Below, in pieces: positions 58,430-64,000 of a DNA stretch of 64,000 bases. The stretch lies in contig CBDCJH010000002.1 in the NCBI GenBank assembly GCA_965217775.1, positions 1,984,001 to 2,048,000 on the forward strand, given 5' to 3'. The notes beneath the pieces are model-generated. The model was not told where the DNA came from, searched no databases, and saw nothing but the letters and a program-made list of their open reading frames with translations. This DNA comes from Acidobacteriota bacterium (lineage in GTDB: Bacteria > Acidobacteriota > UBA6911 > RPQK01 > JAJDTT01). The stretch's first letter is position 1. Each line of letters opens with the position of its first letter. Made by a program: the position numbers and the translations under genes.

Positions 58430-59821
58430 TCAGTCCGGACTCTCCGTTCGGTCGGGGTAGGGAATGAAGCCGCGGTTCAATATTCCCGCCGGATCGTAGA
58501 ACTGCTTCCACCGTTGCAGATCTTCCCAGATCTCTCCAAAGTGACTCTTCCACTGTTCCGGAGTGAACTCCACCCACCCCGAGAGGTAGCGCCTTCCCCC
58601 GACTCTCATCGAAAGATCGCTGGCCGTCTTCAGTAGCTGACGGGCCAACGGGAGCATCGGCCTGGGCACCGCAGGCAGTATCCCGAAGCCCAGGATGAAT
58701 TCGCCCGGAGGGCGCCTGAACAGGGGAAGCGCGTCTCCCTGGAAGCGGCAGGGCCAGATCAGAACGTGGCCGCCGGCCAGGAGCTGCGGGGGAAAGTTGG
58801 CCAGCACGCCGCCGATATAGCCCGGGGCCTGATCCCAGGGCAGAATGGTCTCCATCCAGGGGTGGCACATGCCCCAGGCCCCGCTCTGCCTCCACAGTTC
58901 GAAGACCGGCTCCAGCCGATGGGCGAACTCCAGCACGGTGGAATCCTCCACCTGCAGCTTGCGATAGAAGCTCAGGCCGTCGAGCAGCTCTTCCTCCCGA
59001 GGCTCTTCCTCACCGAACTCCACGGACAAGTGCAGGGGGAAGAACCATTCGGCGAAGGGAACCCGGACGCCTCCCATACGCCGCAAGCCCTGGACACAGG
59101 GAGAGGCCCAAGACTCGATGTAGTCGACGCGCTGCTGGGTCAGGAGACGCTTCTGGTCCGCCATCAGGGCACCCAGGTCATCGTAGAGGAGATAGAAGGT
59201 CCGGACCCGGGGAGCGACCCGGCGGAGCCGGAGCCGGGCGCTCAGGATGACCGAGAATTGGCCGAGTCCGCACAAGGTGCAGAAGAAGAGTTCGGAGTTT
59301 TCCTCTGGAGAACAGCGCACCCGATGCCCCTCCCCCGTCACGACCTCCAGCTCCACCACCTGGTGGGCCTGGGTGCCATAGCGGTGGGAAGACACGCCGA
59401 TGCCGGCCATGGAGAGGGTTCCCCCCACGGTCACGTTGAGATTGTTGGTGAGAACCGGGGGAAGAAGTCCCCTCTCGGAAGTGAAGGCCACCAGGTCGCG
59501 CCACAGGACGCCGGCCTGGACCTTCACCGTTTCCCCTTCCACGGCGCCGATCCCGTTCAACGGACTCAGATCCAGAAGGATTCCGTCCTGGGAGAGCGAC
59601 TGGCCACTCTGGGAATGGGAAGCTCCCCGGGTCGAGACCGGCCACCCCTCCCGGGAAGCCGTCGCCACCACGGTGGCCACGTCCTCGACCGATTCCGGCG
59701 CCACCAGGGCTTTGGGAGTCTTCACCAGGATCCGCCCGAAATCGGTGGCCACGTCTCGGCGCGACTCCTGGTCCAGGTAGATCTTCCCCCGAATCAAACG
59801 CTTGAGTTTCTCGATATCCAT
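58430..59821 (-). CDS. FAD-linked oxidoreductase, cytokinin dehydrogenase-like
   Basis: ATDFG, RGASHSQSGQS, TVGGTLSMAGI, ELEVVTG.G, GLGQF, HPWMETILP, KQFYDPAGILN. Confidence 0.8.
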   Translation of the reverse strand: MDIEKLKRLIRGKIYLDQESRRDVATDFGRILVKTPKALVAPESVEDVATVVATASREGWPVSTRGASHSQSGQSLSQDGILLDLSPLNGIGAVEGETVKVQAGVLWRDLVAFTSERGLLPPVLTNNLNVTVGGTLSMAGIGVSSHRYGTQAHQVVELEVVTGEGHRVRCSPEENSELFFCTLCGLGQFSVILSARLRLRRVAPRVRTFYLLYDDLGALMADQKRLLTQQRVDYIESWASPCVQGLRRMGGVRVPFAEWFFPLHLSVEFGEEEPREEELLDGLSFYRKLQVEDSTVLEFAHRLEPVFELWRQSGAWGMCHPWMETILPWDQAPGYIGGVLANFPPQLLAGGHVLIWPCRFQGDALPLFRRPPGEFILGFGILPAVPRPMLPLARQLLKTASDLSMRVGGRRYLSGWVEFTPEQWKSHFGEIWEDLQRWKQFYDPAGILNRGFIPYPDRTESPD

Positions 59822-59927
59822 TTGACAGACCTGAGAATACGTCATCGCGGCCGGCCCCACCGGAACCGGCGCCGCCTGCTCCCGTGAACCGGGCAAAATC
59901 TGAGCATCCGAGTATAATCGATGAATT

Positions 59928-61610
59928 ATGTCATTCGATATGAGACACCAGAGTCGAACTCTACTGGACGGACCCGACCGGGCGGGAGCGCGATCCTTCT
60001 TCAAGGCCATCGGTTTTACCGACCAGGACCTGGCCAAACCCCTCATCGGAGTCGCCCACTGCTGGATCGAGGTCACGCCCTGCAACTTCAACCACCGGCG
60101 ACTGGCGAAAAAGGTCAAGGAAGGGGTTCGAGCCGCCGGCGGCACTCCCCTGGAGTTCAACACCATCTCGGTGACCGACGGGATCGCCATGGGGACCGAG
60201 GGCATGAAATCGTCGCTGGTCAGCCGGGAGGTCATCGCCGACTCCATCGAACTGGTCTGCCGAGGACACCTGTTCGACGGCCTCGTCGCCATTACGGGAT
60301 GCGACAAGACGAGCCCGGCCGCCGCCATGGCGCTGTCGCGGCTCAACATCCCCAGTCTGATTCTCTACAGCGGTTCCATCATGCCGGGGGAATACAACGG
60401 GCGTAAGCTCACGGTTCAGGACGCCTACGAGGCCATCGGAGCCTACAATGCGGGTCGCATCGACCGGGAGGAACTCAGGGGCATCGAAAACTACGCCTGT
60501 CCCGGTGCCGGGGCGTGCGGAGGCCAGTTCACCGCCAACACCATGTCCACCGCGTTCGAGATGCTGGGCATCTCCCCCATGGGCTTCAACGGAATCCCGG
60601 CGGTGGACCCCAAAAAGGAAGAGGCGGCCCTGGAATGCGGGCGGCTGGTGATGCGGCTCCTGGAGCAGGGACTCCGGCCCCGGGACATCCTGACCCGGCG
60701 GTCCATCCTCAATGCCATCACCGGAGCCATGGCCACGGCCGGATCCACCAACGTGGTGCTCCATCTGTTGGCCATCGCTCGGGAATCCGACATTTCTCTG
60801 GACATCGACGACTTCGACCTGATCTCGCGCCAGACTCCGGTCCTGGCCGACCTGAAGCCGGCGGGGCGCTTTACCGCCCCCGACATGCACCAGGCCGGCG
60901 GCATGACCTACGTCGGCCGCCTGTTGCTGGAAGCGGGGCTCGTCGACGGTGAGCTCCCCACCGTCACCGGCAGGACCCTGGCCGCGGAACTGACCCGCGG
61001 TCAGGCTCCGGAGGGACAAGAGGTCATCCGGCTCGTGTCCGATCCCATCAAGAAGACCGGGGGCCTCATCATCTTGCGGGGAAACCTGGCCCCCGAAGGG
61101 TGCGTGCTGAAAATCTCCGGTGTCGATCGGGACGGTCACACCGGTCCCGCCCGGGTCTTCGACCGGGAGGAGGAGGCGTTCGCCGCCATCAAAAAGGGGC
61201 AAATCAAGGCCGGGGACGTCATCGTGATCCGCAACGAGGGTCCCGTGGGCGGACCGGGCATGCGAGAACTCTTGCAGGTCACGGGCGCCGTCCAGGGATC
61301 CGGCTTGGGAGACAAGGTGGCTCTCATCACGGACGGGCGTTTTTCGGGCGCTACTCGGGGTTTCGTGGTGGGGCACGTGGCTCCCGAGGCCGCCGTCGGC
61401 GGACCGTTGGCCGCCTTGCAGGATGGCGACATCATCAAGCTGGACATCAAGGAACGGATGATGAACGTGGACCTGAGCGACGGGGAGATCCGGCACCGCC
61501 TCCGGAACTGGAAACCCTCGCGGACTCGTTCCAAGATCGGCGTCTTGGCCAAGTACGCCCGTACGGTTTCCTCACCCTCCGATGGAGCCGTCACCTTTCC
61601 GCTGGACTGA
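59928..61610 (+). CDS. ilvD: dihydroxy-acid dehydratase
   Basis: PCNFN, DGIAMGTEGMKSSLVSREVIADS, CDKT, GACGGQFTANTM, GPVGGPGMRE, TDGRFSG, GHVAPEA. Confidence 0.95.
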   Translation: MSFDMRHQSRTLLDGPDRAGARSFFKAIGFTDQDLAKPLIGVAHCWIEVTPCNFNHRRLAKKVKEGVRAAGGTPLEFNTISVTDGIAMGTEGMKSSLVSREVIADSIELVCRGHLFDGLVAITGCDKTSPAAAMALSRLNIPSLILYSGSIMPGEYNGRKLTVQDAYEAIGAYNAGRIDREELRGIENYACPGAGACGGQFTANTMSTAFEMLGISPMGFNGIPAVDPKKEEAALECGRLVMRLLEQGLRPRDILTRRSILNAITGAMATAGSTNVVLHLLAIARESDISLDIDDFDLISRQTPVLADLKPAGRFTAPDMHQAGGMTYVGRLLLEAGLVDGELPTVTGRTLAAELTRGQAPEGQEVIRLVSDPIKKTGGLIILRGNLAPEGCVLKISGVDRDGHTGPARVFDREEEAFAAIKKGQIKAGDVIVIRNEGPVGGPGMRELLQVTGAVQGSGLGDKVALITDGRFSGATRGFVVGHVAPEAAVGGPLAALQDGDIIKLDIKERMMNVDLSDGEIRHRLRNWKPSRTRSKIGVLAKYARTVSSPSDGAVTFPLD

Positions 61611-62003
61611 GGCTGCGAGTCCAAGCGCGGCCTTGCGCTCGGCGCAGGCCTCCCGGATCAGCCCTCGAACGCCGGGCCGATCTACGTCCTCGACCGATCG
61701 CATCTTCACGTGACGCATCCTGACGCCGGTCCCTTCCAGCAGCTTCTCCGGGTCCGTAAGGCTCGTGCCCCTGTAGAAGCCGAGATTGACCCATGACTTG
61801 TACGGCAGGACGTATGCGTACCCATCGATCATTTTCATGGGTCCGCAACCGTAAGTGGCGGCCCGGTCGCCGAGGCGGACCACTTCGCAGGCATCCGGGT
61901 GAATTTCCAGGATCACTGCGCGCAGGCGTTCGACGACCGGTTTCAGCGGCTCGTTCGAGAGCCGGACGAGATCATCGAACTGGCCGAGCTTGGCCTTTGG
62001 CAT
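61572..62003 (-). CDS. DUF1801 (YdhG-like) protein
   Basis: VNLGFYRG..L.DPEKLLEGTG.RMRHVK. Confidence 0.85.
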   Translation of the reverse strand: MPKAKLGQFDDLVRLSNEPLKPVVERLRAVILEIHPDACEVVRLGDRAATYGCGPMKMIDGYAYVLPYKSWVNLGFYRGTSLTDPEKLLEGTGVRMRHVKMRSVEDVDRPGVRGLIREACAERKAALGLAASVQRKGDGSIGG

Positions 62004-62021
62004 GCAGACTCTCGTACTTCG

Positions 62022-62681
62022 CTAGCCCGATTTTCGCCGGCCCGTCACCAGGAGGGCGATTCCACCGAAGAGGGCTCCCACCACCATGGTGTAGGCCACC
62101 CAAATGGTCAATTGGGGAACCACGCCCGACCAGAAGAATTTGCCCATGGCGCTCATCTCCGGGAACTCCGGGGGCGCGGCGTCGTAGTGGGTTCCCCAGT
62201 CGCCCAATACCGCCGGCAGGGTGATGAGAATGACCGGAATGCGGGCGGCCAGAGCGTAGTAGAACAGGATTCTGCCCAGAGCGCACCAGCCGCGGCAGGC
62301 GATGCTCATGCCCACTATTCCGGCGACGGCCGGAACCAGAATGGCAACCGGATAGGCTTCTCCCACCAGTAGACTGCCTCCGATCATGATGGCGACGGCC
62401 GCTGCCAAGCCCCCCAACGCGTACGCCAGCACCCGGCCGGCCGACGCGGGAGCACCACCGGACTTGGCCAGCCTCAAGGCGAAGTGGACCCCGAAGATGG
62501 GCACCAGCCAAGTGATCCCTACAATGGCGCCGCCCCCGCCCGCGTCGGAATTGAACAACAGTGGAGACCAACCGTTGAGTTCTCCGACCAGGCGCAGGAT
62601 GGTCACGGCCAAGGTGATCACCGCCGGCACCAGAATCATGTCCTTGACCGAAATCGGTCCCTTGTTGTTTTCTGCCATCAT
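62022..62681 (-). CDS. hypothetical multi-TM membrane protein
   Basis: ~6 hydrophobic segments, WGTHYD motif, GAGGAGG RBS. Confidence 0.8.
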   Translation of the reverse strand: MMAENNKGPISVKDMILVPAVITLAVTILRLVGELNGWSPLLFNSDAGGGGAIVGITWLVPIFGVHFALRLAKSGGAPASAGRVLAYALGGLAAAVAIMIGGSLLVGEAYPVAILVPAVAGIVGMSIACRGWCALGRILFYYALAARIPVILITLPAVLGDWGTHYDAAPPEFPEMSAMGKFFWSGVVPQLTIWVAYTMVVGALFGGIALLVTGRRKSG

Positions 62682-62879
62682 GCCCTCCTCTCGTTTCTCT
62701 CCGATCAGCTTCAGCCTGGACAGTATGGATGACTGGCGGCGAAAATCTACCCCTGACCCCGTCCTCCCGGCGTTTGACTAGTTCCCGGTTTCCGCCTAGT
62801 CTCCAATCGTCCATGGATTACAGTTTCCCCCGGAACTTCACCACTGGCTATAGCCCTATCGGCAGGAGAGACATCGAGG

Positions 62880-64000
62880 ATGAAACCTGCAACCCAATCG
62901 TCCGATAACGCACGGTGTCCCGCCGGCATGGGGTACCGCCGCCTGGTGCTGTGGCCGCTGATGTCCCTGATGATCCAGGTCTCGGAAGCAGGAGACTGGA
63001 CGCGGTTTCGGGGACCCAACGGGTCCGGCGTCTCCACCTCCCAGGATCTGCCACTCCGATTCGGACCCCGGGAAAACGTCCGCTGGAAGACTTCCCTTCC
63101 TCCCGGCCATTCCTCTCCCGTATTTTCCCGGGAGAGCATTTTCGTCACCGGTTTCCACGAAGCCAGCCTCTCCACGACGGCCCTGGACCGGAAGACGGGA
63201 AAGATCCGGTGGACTCGGAACATCGCCAGAAACAGGAAGGGTGAGCTCCACCGGGACAATTCCCCCGCCTCCCCCAGTCCCGTGACCGACGGGAGCAACG
63301 TGTACGTCTTTTTCCAGGATCTGGGGCTCCTGGCTTACGATGCTCGCGGCAACGAACTCTGGCGGGTCCCGCTGGGTCCCTTCAACACTCCGTTCGGGAT
63401 CGGTGCTTCCCCCGTTCTGGCGGGCAATCTTGTGGTTCAGGTCTGTGACGGTGAATCCGGATCGTTCATGGTGGCCGTAGACAAGAGCACGGGACACCTT
63501 GCCTGGCGCGACGAGCGTCCTCTGGCCAGACGGGGTTTCTCCACGCCGGTCCTTTATCGGCCTGAAGCCGAAGAGCTCCAGGTCCTGGTTCCGGGATCTT
63601 TCCAACTCGTCGCCTACTCGGCGCCGGCAGGCGAGAGGATCTGGTGGAGCCGCGGACTGACTTGGCAGATGAAGCCCACGCCGGTCATGGACGGAGACTT
63701 CGCCTACGTCCTGGGATGGGCGGGCGCCGCAGACCCGGGCAAGCAGGAGGACGTGATCCCCTTTGCAGAAGCCCTGGGAAAACACGATAGCAACACGGAC
63801 CGAAAACTCTCCAAGGAAGAAGCCGAGGGTGCGATTTCGGCCGACTTCTACAGATCTTGGCACAACTTGGATCTTGATCTGGACGGCTACCTGGGAGAGC
63901 GGGACTGGGAGCTGTATCGTCTGCGCCGCGCTTCGGTCAACTCCATCCAGCGGATTCGTCTGGGAGGCAAGGGCGACATGACCGTGGCGGCCCGGGGATG
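62880..64000 (+). CDS. PQQ-like beta-propeller (BamB-like) exported protein with EF-hand-like loops, running off the window end
   Basis: Manual translation: DWTRFRGPNGSG, WKTSLPPGHSSPV, ASPSPVTDG, GASPVL, FSTPV; DSNTDRKLSKEE and DLDLDGYLGERD; absent from the ORF track because there is no stop in the window. Confidence 0.85.
   Translation, partial: MKPATQSSDNARCPAGMGYRRLVLWPLMSLMIQVSEAGDWTRFRGPNGSGVSTSQDLPLRFGPRENVRWKTSLPPGHSSPVFSRESIFVTGFHEASLSTTALDRKTGKIRWTRNIARNRKGELHRDNSPASPSPVTDGSNVYVFFQDLGLLAYDARGNELWRVPLGPFNTPFGIGASPVLAGNLVVQVCDGESGSFMVAVDKSTGHLAWRDERPLARRGFSTPVLYRPEAEELQVLVPGSFQLVAYSAPAGERIWWSRGLTWQMKPTPVMDGDFAYVLGWAGAADPGKQEDVIPFAEALGKHDSNTDRKLSKEEAEGAISADFYRSWHNLDLDLDGYLGERDWELYRLRRASVNSIQRIRLGGKGDMTVAARG

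Noticed and set aside
1-64000. tRNA, rRNA, integron attC arrays, retron/RT or cas genes
   Set aside because: No cloverleaf, rRNA-like sequence, repeated attC sites, RT motifs or cas genes recognised by eye.

Overview
GC-rich bacterial chromosome segment. The gene content points to Acidobacteriota (GWxTD fragment, Acidobacteria-style TonB-receptor relic, DUF6178-like gene), possibly a marine or host-associated lineage; this is inference. The housekeeping and metabolic genes are murA/murB, nfi, panB/panC, queF, ispH, hemH, ilvD, sppA, an acyl-CoA ligase, a xylonate-type dehydratase, two sodium:solute symporters, ehuBCD and a partial ebo cluster. A decayed accessory island (~14.2-23.4 kb) interrupts them; it carries two related tyrosine recombinases each preceded by a dif-like 11-6-11 site, a frameshifted ISNCY-type IS, an IS1182 relic, and a DUF3800 gene with a structured RNA leader. 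There is also a type I R-M locus with an inserted zeta-toxin-like ATPase, and many small mobile relics (GTAG-REPs, two 159-bp MITEs, a chimeric 122-bp element). The best candidate for an undescribed system is at 37644-38902. An apparently catalytically intact TnpB is the only gene of a 1243-bp element bounded by IS1595/ISNwi-like terminal inverted repeats and a perfect 8-bp target duplication, instead of IS200/IS605 hairpin ends. All calls come from reading motifs by eye; no database search was run.
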